Counted from the stretch's first letter, positions 32,747 to 45,452 are shown. The stretch is 64,000 bases of DNA from Piedraia hortae CBS 480.64 (GCA_010093745.1 MU006001.1:62001-126000); one strand, 5' to 3'. Program-made: numbers and translations. The notes: generated from the letters alone by a model not told the origin.

Positions 32747-33831
32747 ATGGCCGAACTCGATCCCAAGTACGATCGCTACGACTACCCCACCATCTCGGCC
32801 ACCACGCAGCCCGGCCATCCCGGCCATACGACCAACGAGCAAGATGCGGCCGTCCACCAGCTGCGCTCGATGCTTGAGCAGGAGGGGTACAAACAGAGAC
32901 TCGACACTCTGACGCTGCTGCGTTTCCTGCGTGCCCGCAAGTTTGACGTGCAGGCGACTAAGAAGATGTAAGTGGAGAGGCTTTTTGCATACACGACGCT
33001 GACCCCCGACAGGTTTACGGAGTGCGAGAAGTGGCGAAGCGAGTTTGGAGGCGGCGTTGATCAGCTCGTCAAGACATTTGACTACAAGGAGAAGCCGCAA
33101 ATGTTCCAGTACTATCCGCAGTACTACCACAAGACGGACAAGGACGGCCGCCCCGTCTACATTGAACAGTACGGCAACCTCGACCTCAATGCCATGCGCA
33201 AGATCTCCACCGACGAGCGCATGCTGCAGAACCTCGTGGTCGAGTACGAGAAGGTGGCCGATCCGCGCTTACCTGCCTGTTCCCGCAAGGCCGGCTCTTT
33301 GCTTGAGACGTGCTGCACCATCATGGACCTAAAGGGTGTTGGCATCACCAAGGCCGGTCAGGTAAAGCAATACGTCCAAAAGGCGTCGGCTATCAGCCAA
33401 AACTATTATCCAGAGAGGCTCGGTAAGCTCTACATCATTAATGCGCCATGGGGATTTGCCTCCTTCTTCAGCATGATCAAGGGGTTCCTGGATCCCGTCA
33501 CTGTAGCCAAGATCCACGTCTTGGGCAGCAATTACCAGACGGAGCTTTTGGCCCAAGTGCCAAAGGAGAACTTGCCCAAGGCGTTTGGCGGCTCATGTGA
33601 GTGCCCTAACGGGTGTGCGCATAGCGATGCCGGGCCATGTATGTATTATCATAGTTTATTAAGAACTACTGACTGTTTGCAGGGCAAGAGGCTGAGTGGC
33701 TTAAGCCGCAGGGAAACACCATCAACAACACGGCAGGCGAGATTGTCCAGGGTCAGCCGGATGCCAAGGCCGGCGCAGGCACGACGACTTTGGAACAGCC
33801 CGTGGGCCAAACGGCTCCCGCTGCTCAGTAG
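32747..33831 (+). CDS. SEC14: Phosphatidylinositol/phosphatidylcholine transfer protein; exons 32747-32967, 33013-33638, 33683-33831
   Basis: [61 protein letters not shown]; introns 32968-33012 and 33639-33682. Confidence 0.96.
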
Positions 33832-34028
33832 GGCTTCTTTCAGTAGAAATGCAAGTGGTATGAACAGAACAGGCACATGGGACTTTGACCTAGACAGAAT
33901 TGGGCGAATTAATGCTGATACACTATTCCAAGTCTCTTTCCAAACTTGGAGCATCGCTCTTTCCTTTTCAGACCAATTCACCTTATCTACCTACTGCGGG
34001 TTTACTGTTGACTCTCTCATCCAGGACA

Positions 34029-35960
34029 ATGGCTACTCCGTCCTCGGACGTTCGTTTGGAAGACCAACTGCCTCTCCCACCCCAGCCGGCTTTCATTCGT
34101 TCTCATGGTCTCCGTCGTCACTCCTCTTCGCCGAATATGCACGAGCGGCGGTCTTTTCCCCTGCCTTCTCCGACGATGTCTTCGGATCTGAAGGTCAGGC
34201 GGAGCTTGATCTTTGAACCGGGTGGACAGCCTTTGGATAAAGTTGCTGGGAAGCACACATCTGAGAAGGATGGTCAGCAGCTTCCTCCGGCTTCGGTATT
34301 TAGGCTGGAGAGTTTGACTGATTGGGGGACAGGCCAACGGCATATTGATGAGTTTGAACCGGGACAGTCGTTCGTAATGCCGCGGTATGATGGAGTTGAT
34401 TCGGATGGGTGCTCGCCTGTCCTTTGGTCGGAGGATCTCCAGGCGCCGAGCACACCGGAGCGATGGTCCCGTCATTCTCTTGAGGATGATGAGATTGGAA
34501 AGCTGCCCCTCCCAGAACGTCCACTAGTCTCGCCGTCGCATTTTGAGCTTGTTGATCCAGATGTTGTCGACATTGGAGATATTGATGGGAGGCAAACACC
34601 GCGCACGCCTGCCCTGTCTACTCCATCGCCGAGTGAAAGGATGAGAAGGATCAACCAGACGATTGAGGAGATGATGGCTGATCTGAGGGGGTGTTGCGTT
34701 TCTCCATCATCGGTGGAACTTCCTGATAGGAGCAATCGTTCTGTTGAGGAGAGTAGGTCTTATACGTCAATGGATCGAAACGAACTGGATAATACACCTT
34801 TGGCTATCAGCTCTTCGACGCCAACACTCCCGTCCCTGATCGAGGATGATGGGAGTTCACCTGCAGTGTTGATCACACCAACGAGGCGCAAGAGACCGGT
34901 GCAGTCTCTTGATGAAGAGTCGTCGCCTGTGGATAGCGGTCGTTGTTGCCCTGATTACTCCGAAGGCTCTTCGGTGATGAGAAACGACTGCTACCATGAT
35001 GAGCAGGAATTGAACTCGTCTCCTCCTTTGGCGACGAATACTGGTTATGATGATTTTGGATATACTGGATACTACCAGGACTACTACTCCCAATCAGAGT
35101 CATGGGAGAGCTGGAACTGGCATAAGAACTTGGACAATCGTCGTGGGTGCTACCAAACCTCGGATCATGGCAATATTAATTCTACAGTATTTTATGGTTC
35201 CGAATGGGGCCAGGGTGCACCATCAGCCTCTGCACCTCACTCGGCCCGTCTAGGCAGCAGGCGCCGTCCCCCTGCGCAACCTCTCCCAGGATTGAAGGAA
35301 GAATCGAGCGAGGAGTTGATTGCATTCAATAAGGTCGACCCAGCCAACGTGGCTACTCAGTCCCGGCATGTCGAGCAGGACGTTGAATTCGATTGGAGAG
35401 ATGGTATTTGGAACGCTCACGCTCGGAGGCAGGATAATGATGTCGTTGTCGTGCAAGATCAATCCGACCAAACGCCTGCAGAGAAGAGTCGCACGAGACG
35501 CTGGGTGGAGGTTTTGAAGCTGCTCATCGTCCGCCTCTTTCGCCTTAGGAAATATACACGCCAGCCTGAGAAGTCTGTCTGTCAGCAGCATGAACCCTCT
35601 AATCAGAACACTACCATCCACGGAGAGACCACCAACACTGTCGTCTCCCGGAACTCGTCGAGAAGCAAGAACCCTCTTCTTCATGGCCAAAACGTCACCG
35701 TCACCCCTCCTCCACCGACCTTTTCATCCCGCACTTTTTTCCCAGGAGACCGATATCCTACCAGCAGCCTTTTAATCATGCCTCTTCCCACGCCGCCTCC
35801 AATGGCTCATTGTCGGGATACCGTTTACGAAGACGATGGGGATGACTATGGGTTCAAGTCTCGTTGGAGCCCCGATAGTAGTAGTGTTAGTAGCGAGTTT
35901 TTTGGATGTGGTGTTTGGAGAATCAGGGAGAGGGTTGGGGGATTGGTGAGGAGGTTGTAG
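34029..35960 (+). CDS. Hypothetical Ser/Pro/acidic-rich, probably disordered protein
   Basis: About 643 uninterrupted codons from ATG 34029; no family recognised. Confidence 0.6.
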   Translation: MATPSSDVRLEDQLPLPPQPAFIRSHGLRRHSSSPNMHERRSFPLPSPTMSSDLKVRRSLIFEPGGQPLDKVAGKHTSEKDGQQLPPASVFRLESLTDWGTGQRHIDEFEPGQSFVMPRYDGVDSDGCSPVLWSEDLQAPSTPERWSRHSLEDDEIGKLPLPERPLVSPSHFELVDPDVVDIGDIDGRQTPRTPALSTPSPSERMRRINQTIEEMMADLRGCCVSPSSVELPDRSNRSVEESRSYTSMDRNELDNTPLAISSSTPTLPSLIEDDGSSPAVLITPTRRKRPVQSLDEESSPVDSGRCCPDYSEGSSVMRNDCYHDEQELNSSPPLATNTGYDDFGYTGYYQDYYSQSESWESWNWHKNLDNRRGCYQTSDHGNINSTVFYGSEWGQGAPSASAPHSARLGSRRRPPAQPLPGLKEESSEELIAFNKVDPANVATQSRHVEQDVEFDWRDGIWNAHARRQDNDVVVVQDQSDQTPAEKSRTRRWVEVLKLLIVRLFRLRKYTRQPEKSVCQQHEPSNQNTTIHGETTNTVVSRNSSRSKNPLLHGQNVTVTPPPPTFSSRTFFPGDRYPTSSLLIMPLPTPPPMAHCRDTVYEDDGDDYGFKSRWSPDSSSVSSEFFGCGVWRIRERVGGLVRRL

Positions 35961-37071
35961 GAAATTAGAGATTTGGATTATAGGGTAGGGTATTGGGTAT
36001 TTAATTTTAAGGGTGTGGGACGTTTTGTTGATGCATTTTTTTCTGTGGTCGAAATATTGTGTAGTGGTGAGATTATCAGCCTTGCCGTCGAATGTCTTGG
36101 GAGATTGCCTGAAAGGTGGTAAATTTATCAGCGCGCCCACGTCTTTAGACGAAGTTTTCCCCGCGCAACTTGAAACTTCTTCGTGAGGATGGCATGTCAG
36201 TGGAGCATTGTACTGTTTGTATCTTGTGAGGTTTGGAAATATGATGTTTGATGTTTAGGAGAAGAGTTGGATCAAATTTGGAGGTTATCGGTGGGTTCAG
36301 CGTAGGACAGGGGTAACCGTGGGAAGACATTTCTTCCCACATACAGTAGTTTGTGGGTTTCGCGCTGGTTAGTGTGACGCTAGTGTCAACCATTCGCACC
36401 GGACGGCCTGTTATACCCATTAAAGTTGGAGGTTGCTACCCATTTGAATTCCCCAGGCTCATTGATAACAAAAATCACAATAGGTTTGAGAGCCCAATCC
36501 CAAGGAGACATACCCCCAATTTAGCAACGCCCTTCCAGGGCGAGGTACGGTTGGGTATCTTGGAACGGGTGATGTAGAACTAAGGTTCAAAAGCGCGCTC
36601 GACCGCAGAAATTTTACACGATACCTCAGTTTCACACCGCACCTTCGTCAGTTTCCTATAGAGCGAGAAGGTACATAGTCTCACATTATCGTGCGTGAAT
36701 CCACTTCGAAAAGCCACACGGTGCTTTGCCCTCGACGTCACCCACACCTCCTATTACTCCAGATCCGCTGACCACGGACTTTTTTCGAGGGCTTGCGAGG
36801 GCGTCTCACTCTCCGCCACCCCAGCCCTCCCAGCTTCTACTACCAGCTCAGCCCTATACGCCGACCATGAATCCTTCGAGACATTCCAACACAAAAACCG
36901 TGCCTCAACCACACAGCCAACAGCCCTCAAGTCAGGTATAATACTTCCTACAACCTCATAACAACCTCAGCCCGCTCAAAGATCCCCCACAAAATCATAA
37001 CACAGATTCAACAAAAAGAGTATCAAGTAGGTATCTATGCACAATCCCTATCCCAATCCATCCCCAGTTCA

Positions 37072-39585
37072 TTACATTACAACCTATCATTCGCGTTAGC
37101 ATGCCTCCTATATCCCTCTCAGCAGCACTTACACAATCATTATCCTGCTTCTGCGCAGGCACGCCCATTTCATCAAATGTTTTTGGGCCCTTTTTCGGTG
37201 GGGGAGCTGAGGGAGCAGTTGAAGGCGCAGCCGAAGGGGTAACCGAAGGCGAAGGCGAGGGTCCCACCGAATGTGGCGGCGGCCCGGTAGAGTGCGGACC
37301 CAGGATCGGATACGCACTTGATTGGGCTCCTGATGAAGAAGGCACGTCCACCCTGCCCGTACTCGTGCCTGGGCGAGAATGCATATCCATGCTTGGTGTT
37401 GAGGCCGAGGTTACCAGTCCCCCGCCAACGGGCGGAGGAGACATGGACGCCAAAGGCCTGGGACCGTGCCATGATGCCGTAGCCGGTCTGGAATCGTGCA
37501 TGGGCGGGGGATCGAGGGTTGGCATGTTCCCGGTTTGGGGAAGTCTACCTCCTCCCATGCCGCCCGCAGACGGTTTTAGAGGCGCAGCGAATCCAAAATC
37601 TAGTCCTGCTGCTTCGGGAATGGAATGTTGTTGTGGAGGGGCTGTGTTTGTCCTTTGAGGGGCAGGAAGGATTGAGGGACCGGTAGGGTAAGCTGCTTGT
37701 GGAGGTAATTGAGATTGCGGTGGTCGCTGTTGCTGTTGGATGGTTGCCGGACCGCTGGCTACGCGAGGGCCACGCGGACCGCGCACAGGCTGCTGCGAGT
37801 GCATAAGCGGTCTGCTGGCTGGCGCGGGGGATATTGGCTGCCCCGCGTGAGGTCGGTTCTGCACCATCTGCGGAGTGGCCGAGTTGGAGCGCACGTCGGG
37901 GTTCAGGGCAAGGGTGGAGCTGGGACGCATTTTCGGCTCAACGGCCGTTGCGGGTCGCATTGACGATGGGTTGAAGAACCCTCCCACTGGACCTGTTCTC
38001 CTGGGCTCTGGCAAGGGCGAATCGTCCATTGGGTAGGGTGTTGGGTCCACGTTGGGAGGAGCGGATTCGAGAGGATAGGCCAGACGGGACTCTGGACCTG
38101 CTGGTCGCGGCTGTTGGAAGCGGGCTGGACGTGCCATGCGCATGGAACCGTGCTGGCTCTTGATGCGGGTGATGGCAACGTTCATGTGGTCTTTTTTGTT
38201 GAGAACCTGCGATCTGCTGAGGCTTTCCAGCCGCTGCCGGGCATCCTCGTTGCCATGCTTGGAAGCCTTTTCGTACCACATGGTCGCTCGCTTCAGATCG
38301 ACGGCTACGTACATGCCGATTTCGTAGAAGTAGCCCATGGCGAATTCAGCCGTCGGAAGTCCGGTGTGCGCCGCCCTTTCGGCATATGTGTAGGCGAGTT
38401 CCTCGTTTTTGGGGAACAGACCCTCGGCACCGACGAGGAACCACTTGCTGAGGGCCATGTCGGCCTGGGCCTCGCCCTGACGGGATGCCAGCGCATTGTA
38501 GTGCATGCTCAGCGTTGGGCTAAACTCACAGTCGAGGCTGCCGAGTTCGTAGGCGGAGCCCATCTGCAGTTGCGCTTTGGCAAACTTGAGATAAGCCGCT
38601 TTCTCAATGAACATCTTGGCCTGGCGCTCGTCGTAAGGCAACAGATGGTCGGGCACATGGATCTGAGGCAGCTGGCGCGCGAGCAGCATGCCATACACGT
38701 ATGCGCCCTGGGCGGCATTCTCGTCGGCCGCGATTGCGCTGCGCCGGATCAGATCGATGCCGAGACCCGTGTCCTGCGGCTGGCCGAGCTGGCCGCGCAA
38801 CGTCAACATGCCCAGCCGGTAGCAACTTGCCGCGTCCCCGGCCTCTACGCCACGGTGGTAATGGCGCAGGGCCTTGACAGGATCGTTGTAGCTTTCGTAC
38901 AGCATCCCGATGCGGTACTCTGCCCTCGCATAGCCCCGGTCGGCCGCACGCGAGTAGCAGCGAAAGGCCTCCTTCTTGTCCTCTCTCTGCCCAAAACGAC
39001 CCCATTCTAGCCACATGCCGCGCAGAAACTCTGCTTTGGGGTGGTGCTGGTCGGCAAGAAAGGTGACAATGTTCATGGCGTCAACCTTCAGCTGATGCTC
39101 GACACGCGGCGTGCCTGGACGGGCGGCGAGCGGCTTGGCGGCGACGATGCGCTCCTCATTATCGGCGCAGATTCCAACGTAAACCAGCGTGTCGGCAGCC
39201 CAGGCCAGCTGCATCTCGGCGTCGTTGGAACTCAGCACGAAGCCGCGCGCCTTCTCCAGCGTCTCCTCGAGCTGCTCGTCGCTGGGCGGTACGTTTGGCG
39301 GCGGGTTTACAAGACGGGGAAACGGCGAGACGCTCGCCACGTCGTTTGCTGTTGCTGTAACGCGGTTGGAGAAGCCGTTGCGCTGGCCATCAAGACTCAG
39401 GTCACGCAGACCATCCTGTATGTGGTTGGACATGTCGGGCTTGATGCTGGAAGAGTCAGCCAGGAAGCTGCTAGAGGACAAACTGCTCACCGCTGCGGCT
39501 CAGGCTGCGCCAACACGGGAGCTGGGCGCGAGTAGTTGTCGGCCACCGTAAGAGGCCCCTGCGCTCGTCTCCACACCGTCGACAT
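37072..39585 (-). CDS. CHS4: Chitin synthase activator Chs4/Skt5-type (Sel1 repeats, C-terminal CaaX); exons 39585-39491, 39446-37133, 37083-37072
   Basis: Multiple Sel1-like repeats, Pro-rich tail, KGPKTFDEMGVP..DNDC|VVM*; introns 39447-39490 (GTGAGC..GCTGAC..CAG) and 37084-37132 (GTAAGT..GCTAAC..TAG) both keep frame. Confidence 0.85.
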
Positions 39586-39981
39586 GAGCGTGGAATGTTG
39601 GCCGTCAGGCGCCTTCTTTGTACGTTCCAAGTCCCTCTCCGTGTCTTGCTCTCGCTGTCTCTGGGCGCTTTTCAAGACTTGATGTTGAAACACTGCAACC
39701 GCTTTTCAGTCACGTGACGGTTTGCGGTATCATGCTGTCATCGCCGTGGGCTTGCTGCGGCGTCCGATTGGCCGGTGACGTTGGTGCCAATCTCGGAGAC
39801 ATCCAAGAATAGCCTGCCAGGCTGAAACGCACAAACTTCTAGAAGACTTCTGGGATGATACCCAAGTGGGCTGATGACAACCTCTGCGGGTTCTCGCTGC
39901 ATTACTACACGATACAGCCGGCATGTAGAGATATATATAGCCCACGGTATCGTACAAAAACATTAGAGCAATACTCCTACA

Positions 39982-41229
39982 CTACCTGTAAAAGTCAAAC
40001 TTGTCTCCCTCCCCGGTTCCCTTCACCTGGCTGGTGTATGCGTCTTCGAGGTCCTGCTGGATGATGTTGTATCTGTTTTTGCGAACGGCGCGGAGGCCGG
40101 CCTCTTGCATGATGGCGGCAATGACGGCGCCGGAAAGGGGATCGTTGCGAACAATGAGCGAATCGAGGTCGACCTCGGGCGAGAGCGACATCTTGGAAGC
40201 AATGGTGGAGAAGATTAGCCGCCGTTCTCTGCGGTCCCGTAGCGAAGGAAACTCGATCTTGCGATCTAGACGGCCAGGCCGCAGCAGCGCCGGGTCCAGC
40301 GTATCGGCGCGGTTCGTGGCCATGATGACCTTGACGTTGGAAGTCTGGTCGAAGCCATCCATCTGATTCAGCAGCTCCAGCAGGATGCGCTGCACCTCGC
40401 GATCGGCGCCCGTCTGGGCGTCAAAACGCTTGGTCGCAATGGCATCGATCTCGTCGATGAAGATGATGGCTGGACTGTTCTCACGCGCCATGCGAAACAC
40501 GTCGCGCACCATTCGCGGGCCTTCGCCGAGGTATTTTTGCACAAATTCGGAGCCGACGACACGGATAAACGAGGCTGTCGTACTGTTGGCGACGGCTTTG
40601 ACCAGCATCGTCTTCCCCGTTCCTGGCGGCCCGTACAGAAGCACGCCGCGAGGCGGATCTATGCCAATTTGCTTGTACAGCTCGAACTGCGTCAGCGGTA
40701 ACTCGACGGCCTCGCGGATCTCTTGCTTCTGCATGTCCAGGCCTCCGACATCAGCGTACGTCACATCGGGCTTCTCGTCGCGGCCGAGCATGGCAATGCT
40801 GGAGTCTGCCTCGGGCGGTAGGATATCGACAAGGCTGTTGCTGTGACGGTGCAAGGCCACAGTCGACGATGGCTTTAGAAGCTCGCGATCCAAAGTGCTG
40901 AGGATGCGGACGACATAATTGCTGCCGGTGCTGCTTTGCACGATGCCCGTGTTGTTGTCAATCGCCTCCATAAACTGCCCAATCACCAGCGGCACGCTCT
41001 GGATGCGCTTGATTTCTTCCTGAGCCCGCACCAGCTCCCGCTTCAGCGACCGCTGCTCGTCCTTGATGTATTCCTCCTGCAGCCGGATGTATTCTAGCTG
41101 CCGCTGCAGCTTCTTGTAGCTGACATACTGGTCGCCCGAATCTGTCAAGTCATCCATGCTGGCCGCATCGGGCATTTGTGCGTGGGGCGCGACAATTGTG
41201 GACGTCGAAATTGTGTCTGCCGCGGCCAT
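39982..41229 (-). CDS. RPT3: 26S proteasome AAA ATPase Rpt3
   Basis: [56 protein letters not shown]-terminal DFYR. Confidence 0.97.
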   Translation of the reverse strand: MAAADTISTSTIVAPHAQMPDAASMDDLTDSGDQYVSYKKLQRQLEYIRLQEEYIKDEQRSLKRELVRAQEEIKRIQSVPLVIGQFMEAIDNNTGIVQSSTGSNYVVRILSTLDRELLKPSSTVALHRHSNSLVDILPPEADSSIAMLGRDEKPDVTYADVGGLDMQKQEIREAVELPLTQFELYKQIGIDPPRGVLLYGPPGTGKTMLVKAVANSTTASFIRVVGSEFVQKYLGEGPRMVRDVFRMARENSPAIIFIDEIDAIATKRFDAQTGADREVQRILLELLNQMDGFDQTSNVKVIMATNRADTLDPALLRPGRLDRKIEFPSLRDRRERRLIFSTIASKMSLSPEVDLDSLIVRNDPLSGAVIAAIMQEAGLRAVRKNRYNIIQQDLEDAYTSQVKGTGEGDKFDFYR

Positions 41230-41501
41230 GTTGGGCGTTTGCAGATGTTTGAGTGTTGGTTGATGTCGTTGTCCCTTGCTGTGCAGCCTGAGGCATGAAC
41301 CTCGTTGAGCCTGAGGCATTCGGGTGTCACAGCTGTCACATCGTTACGTCATCATCACAATCAGCTTCAACATCACACAGCAAGACAGCTACGTATCGTA
41401 CACCGTTCCAGTAGACTACGTTTTCCCGTCCCAACAGCCTACGCCATGCCAGATCAGCAGCCCACCGCGATCCCATCATGGCAGCCTACATCTGTAGTCT
41501 A

Positions 41502-44060
41502 CTAAACGAATCCATTCCCCACCAACGCCACCTTCCTTGCCTCCTCCCTGCGCTTTTCGTTCCCGCGGATAAGTTCCTGACGCTCCATGTTCTCCTTCTG
41601 GGCGGAGCTAAGAGCCGCAAGATGGCTATCGTCAAGTTCTGTTGCCGTAGCCCTAGCCAATTGTGTAGACAGAACATCCAGAGCCTTGACCTCCAACTTC
41701 TCTCGTTCGAGTGCGTTCTGGGCCTCGCTTTTCACGCGCTTCTTCTTAGCAATGCGGACCTCTTCTTCCTCTTGCACTGCCAACTCCTTGCGTTTCTTCT
41801 CGAGGGTTTCGGCGCGTCGGGCCTTGGCTTCGAGGTAGCGCACACTGTGGCCCTTGAGCTTCTTTGATGCGGGCGTGGTAGTTGTAGTGGATGTGTCGAC
41901 AGATTCAACACCGCCGATTCCCGCAGGAGGCGTCGTGAAGAAGAGCACGCGCCCAAAGTCGTCGCATTGGTATTGCCGACGGACATTTGGCGGGATTGAG
42001 AGGTTGGCCGTGTCCGGGAGGTTGTACACCTCAATCTGCGGGGGGTCACGATAACTGGGAACGTATCCCGGGCGAGAGGCAGAGTACAGATTGGGCGCGA
42101 GGGCCGGACTGGGAGACTGAAAGCCTTGGTTCATCATGGGCATGCGAGAAGCCTGCAGCTGCGGGTGCTGCGAAGAGATGGGAGTGGCCTGTGTCGAAGG
42201 CTGTCGCTGTAGTGGCATCGCGGCTGTTGTTCCGTAGTGGATTGGTTGTGCGCTTGGCGGCCTACCCACCGGACGAGCGCTTGAAGGAGCTATAGATGCG
42301 CGTGGCTGATACGGTGCGAGCGCGGCGATTGGGGTCTGCCGCTGAGGAGAAGGCATTTTTGGTGGAGGAGGGGGACTGGGTTCAGGTGGAGGGCTATCAC
42401 GTTCCCCTCGCGGTCTGCGGTGAACAGCACCAATCTTTGGAGGCGCACCTTCAGCTCCCCACGTGACTTTGGGCATCGGATCGGTCTCTTTTTGCTCGTC
42501 TCTGAGCAGATAGGCTATCGGGGAAGGTTGCTTCTTCATTTTCCGTGGGTGATCAAAGAGGTCCATTTCATAGTCCTTGTCCCTCACCTCGTCTGGCAGG
42601 CAACTAGCCCAAGTTTTGATCTTGTTGAAGTGGTGCTGGGCCTCGTTGTAGCGCGCCTCGCACACATACACCTCGATCCCCTCTGGCAGACCCCGCGGCC
42701 GGCCCTTGAAGAAGCGCGTGTAAAACATTACAAAGCACTTGCCCTCAATCTCCTCGATATTGTGGTCTCGGTAGCGGCCCGTCTTGACCACTTCCTTGGG
42801 AAAAAAGTGTTTGTCAAAACGGTGCACCGTCTGCTCGGGACGATAATACCAGCACACGTTGACCACGTTCTGCCCGCCGGGGGCCTTAAAAGTGCGGTAC
42901 ACCTGGGCCGGGATGGGCTTAGTGAGGTCGTTTGCGTTCTGGATATGCACCCAGTCACCGACCTTGTACAGCTCCCCGTTGTGCAGGATGCCGTTGGGCA
43001 TCGGAATCTTGCCCTCGTCGTCGGCAAAACTGTCGTCTGGCTTGGCCATTTCGCTGTCATACAACCTGCCAGCCTCGACCTGCAGAGCAACCGCATGCTT
43101 GAAGCACTGCGAGTCATCGGTATTATACGCCTTTGCGTTGTTGAACATGAGATTCACGTCAGACATAAAGTCTTCTACCGTCCTGTACTTCTTTCGCTTC
43201 ACTTTACGTTTGAGAAGATCATAGGCCATTGGATTTCGGATCTCTGCATAGTACTCTGGCATCGCCTGCTTGTCAGGAAGCCGGTCAAAGTCCCTTATCA
43301 TCAGCTGGCCGCGGGAGTTCTTAGGTTTGCGCAGCCCCTTGAGTATGGCCATGATACGGGCTTCATTTGGAGTAAGAAGCCGGGGAGGCCTGGCTCGCGA
43401 CTTTCCCTTATCCGGGCCGTCTGCCCCTGCTCTCCTGGACATGGAACCGCGCGGTCCCCGGCGCTTCTTTGGCTTCCCCTCATCGTCCAGATCGGGCTCG
43501 TCCTCGTCATCTTCTTCGCCCTCCTCGTCTGTATCCTCCTCACCATTTTCCGCATCGGCCTCTTCAGCCGGAACGTCCTCAAACGCTGGAATCTTGCCCA
43601 GATTTGGGAGGACAGCGACGTCCTTTGTGATGACGCCCTGCTTGACCAGCAGCTGCAGCTGTTTTTCCAGCTGCTCCTTGATCACGAGCGCGTCCTGGAA
43701 CGCGCCGCTGGCTGGCTTATTAAATACCTGCGCGTTATGAGGGATAAGGGCAAAGTCGCGAACAAACTCTTTGAAGTCTTTGTACGCGCGCGAGTTGATT
43801 TTGCTCTTGATCGTGCTCAACGCGACAGGCTCCTTGATGGTATCGTAGTATTCTGGAATCAGCCGTTTGTTGACTTTACGTTGGAATAATTTGGACGGAT
43901 CCTCGCCGTCTGGAGTGCGATAGTCGTAGATGGCGTTCAACACTTTGGTCATGGCGGCCCACATGGGTTCCGCCACGCCATCTCCCGTCGCACTCTGCTC
44001 CCGTGCAGCCGCCGGCGTGCTGCTCAACGACTTTTCGCGTCCTCTCGTACTTCGTCTCAT
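41502..44060 (-). CDS. RSC chromatin-remodelling subunit Rsc1/Rsc2 (two bromodomains + BAH)
   Basis: PEYYDTIKEP..NAQVFN; PEYYAEIRNPM..NAKAYN; BAH domain YKVGDWVHI..CWYYRPEQTVHR..YVCEARYN; VLFFTTPP. Confidence 0.93.
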   Translation of the reverse strand: MRRSTRGREKSLSSTPAAAREQSATGDGVAEPMWAAMTKVLNAIYDYRTPDGEDPSKLFQRKVNKRLIPEYYDTIKEPVALSTIKSKINSRAYKDFKEFVRDFALIPHNAQVFNKPASGAFQDALVIKEQLEKQLQLLVKQGVITKDVAVLPNLGKIPAFEDVPAEEADAENGEEDTDEEGEEDDEDEPDLDDEGKPKKRRGPRGSMSRRAGADGPDKGKSRARPPRLLTPNEARIMAILKGLRKPKNSRGQLMIRDFDRLPDKQAMPEYYAEIRNPMAYDLLKRKVKRKKYRTVEDFMSDVNLMFNNAKAYNTDDSQCFKHAVALQVEAGRLYDSEMAKPDDSFADDEGKIPMPNGILHNGELYKVGDWVHIQNANDLTKPIPAQVYRTFKAPGGQNVVNVCWYYRPEQTVHRFDKHFFPKEVVKTGRYRDHNIEEIEGKCFVMFYTRFFKGRPRGLPEGIEVYVCEARYNEAQHHFNKIKTWASCLPDEVRDKDYEMDLFDHPRKMKKQPSPIAYLLRDEQKETDPMPKVTWGAEGAPPKIGAVHRRPRGERDSPPPEPSPPPPPKMPSPQRQTPIAALAPYQPRASIAPSSARPVGRPPSAQPIHYGTTAAMPLQRQPSTQATPISSQHPQLQASRMPMMNQGFQSPSPALAPNLYSASRPGYVPSYRDPPQIEVYNLPDTANLSIPPNVRRQYQCDDFGRVLFFTTPPAGIGGVESVDTSTTTTTPASKKLKGHSVRYLEAKARRAETLEKKRKELAVQEEEEVRIAKKKRVKSEAQNALEREKLEVKALDVLSTQLARATATELDDSHLAALSSAQKENMERQELIRGNEKRREEARKVALVGNGFV

Positions 44061-44396
44061 TGCTCTCTCGATACCGCGTCTTGATTTAGGAAGACAACAT
44101 GACCGGCACGTGACGTGATGTATATGTGAACTGCGGAAGCGGGGCGGGCCGTCACGTCAACGTCACTTTGCCGTGACAATGGTGTCTTTCCCGCACGAGT
44201 TACTGGATCATGGGAACTTGTGTAGACTATTGAGACAATTCGTCAGGCCCATTGTGCGTGATTCCTAACGCAGCGTCAGTCGGCCGCGATCGAACGGGTG
44301 GCACGGACCACTTTGATGTCACCGAGTCCGAGTAGATATGCATGACCAGATAGTCAGGTTTTTACAATATCCACATCCTTCCAACATCCTTCCAAT

Positions 44397-45452
44397 ATGA
44401 AGCTCCGCGTGCGTGGCCCCCAAGGCACTTCCACGATCGAAATTGAAGACACTTCAACATGGCACGACCTACTGCAGCAGATTCGGGAAAGCACCGGTGT
44501 GAAGACCGACTTCGACCTCAAATATGGCTACCCCCCGCAGGCACTGAACACGGAGAGCATTGGCGGTGGTGTACAGTTACGTGACCTGAAGGAAGACCTC
44601 AACGGAGAGCAGCTTACCGTGGAGCCGCGTAGCATCCAAGCCAGCCTCTCCAAACCTCTACCGCCAGACGCAGGCATAGCCATACCAACAAAGCCTCTGC
44701 CATCTACAGGAATGGCAGTCCCTCGCAGACACGTAGCAGGCGACTTCCCAGGAGAACAAGGCAAACCTCTTCAAAGCTCAAGCGTGGAACCACCCGTCGT
44801 TCCCATGCCGGCGATGCAAGGTGTGTTGACACTGCGTATCATGCCAGACGACAACAGCTGTCTTTTCCGCTCCGTGTCATCAGCAGTCTATGGGAACAGC
44901 CTCGACGGCATGACGGAGCTGCGCGGCATAGTGACGCAAGCCATCAAGGATGACCCCGAGCTGTACTCGGCAGCGATTCTTGGCAAGCACCCTGCGGAAT
45001 ACTGTCGCCACATTTCCCGCGAGGATTCCTGGGGCGGATACATTGAGCTGCTCGCGCTGAGCAAGCACTTCGATATGGAGTTTGTGTCCATTGATGTACA
45101 ACGCCTGCGTGTGGACAAGTACAATGAGGGGAAGCCGAAGCGGTGTTTGTTTGTGTGGAGTGGCATCCACTATGATGTTATTGCGCTTGCGGAACATGAG
45201 GGCGCAAATCCAGAGGATGATCGCAAAGTCTTTGATGTTATCCATCTTGATAACGACGAGGAGGAGGATGGTGGAGTGTTAGAGGCGGCCCTTTGGTTGT
45301 GCAAGGAGCTGCAGAGCAGACACTATTATACCGATACGGCAGGCTTCAGCGTCAAGTGCAACACGTGCGACGAAGAGGGTATCGGTGAGGGATGGGCTAG
45401 GAAGCATGCCAGAGAGACGGGACACGCAGATTTTGGGGAGGGAGGATCTTAG
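44397..45452 (+). CDS. OTU1: Deubiquitinase Otu1 (Ubl + OTU + C2H2 zinc finger)
   Basis: MKLRVRGP..YGYPP; MPDDNSCLF, WGGYIEL, SGIHYD; CNTC..HARETGH. Confidence 0.95.
   Translation: MKLRVRGPQGTSTIEIEDTSTWHDLLQQIRESTGVKTDFDLKYGYPPQALNTESIGGGVQLRDLKEDLNGEQLTVEPRSIQASLSKPLPPDAGIAIPTKPLPSTGMAVPRRHVAGDFPGEQGKPLQSSSVEPPVVPMPAMQGVLTLRIMPDDNSCLFRSVSSAVYGNSLDGMTELRGIVTQAIKDDPELYSAAILGKHPAEYCRHISREDSWGGYIELLALSKHFDMEFVSIDVQRLRVDKYNEGKPKRCLFVWSGIHYDVIALAEHEGANPEDDRKVFDVIHLDNDEEEDGGVLEAALWLCKELQSRHYYTDTAGFSVKCNTCDEEGIGEGWARKHARETGHADFGEGGS

Noticed and set aside
36319..36340. 9-bp hairpin GTGGGAAGA-CATT-TCTTCCCAC
   Set aside because: Isolated and within chance expectation.
42420..43889. Long antisense ORFs (also 38114-39010, 31776-32573, 4783-5535, 7855-8694)
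   Set aside because: Shadow frames of GC-rich conserved genes on the opposite strand.
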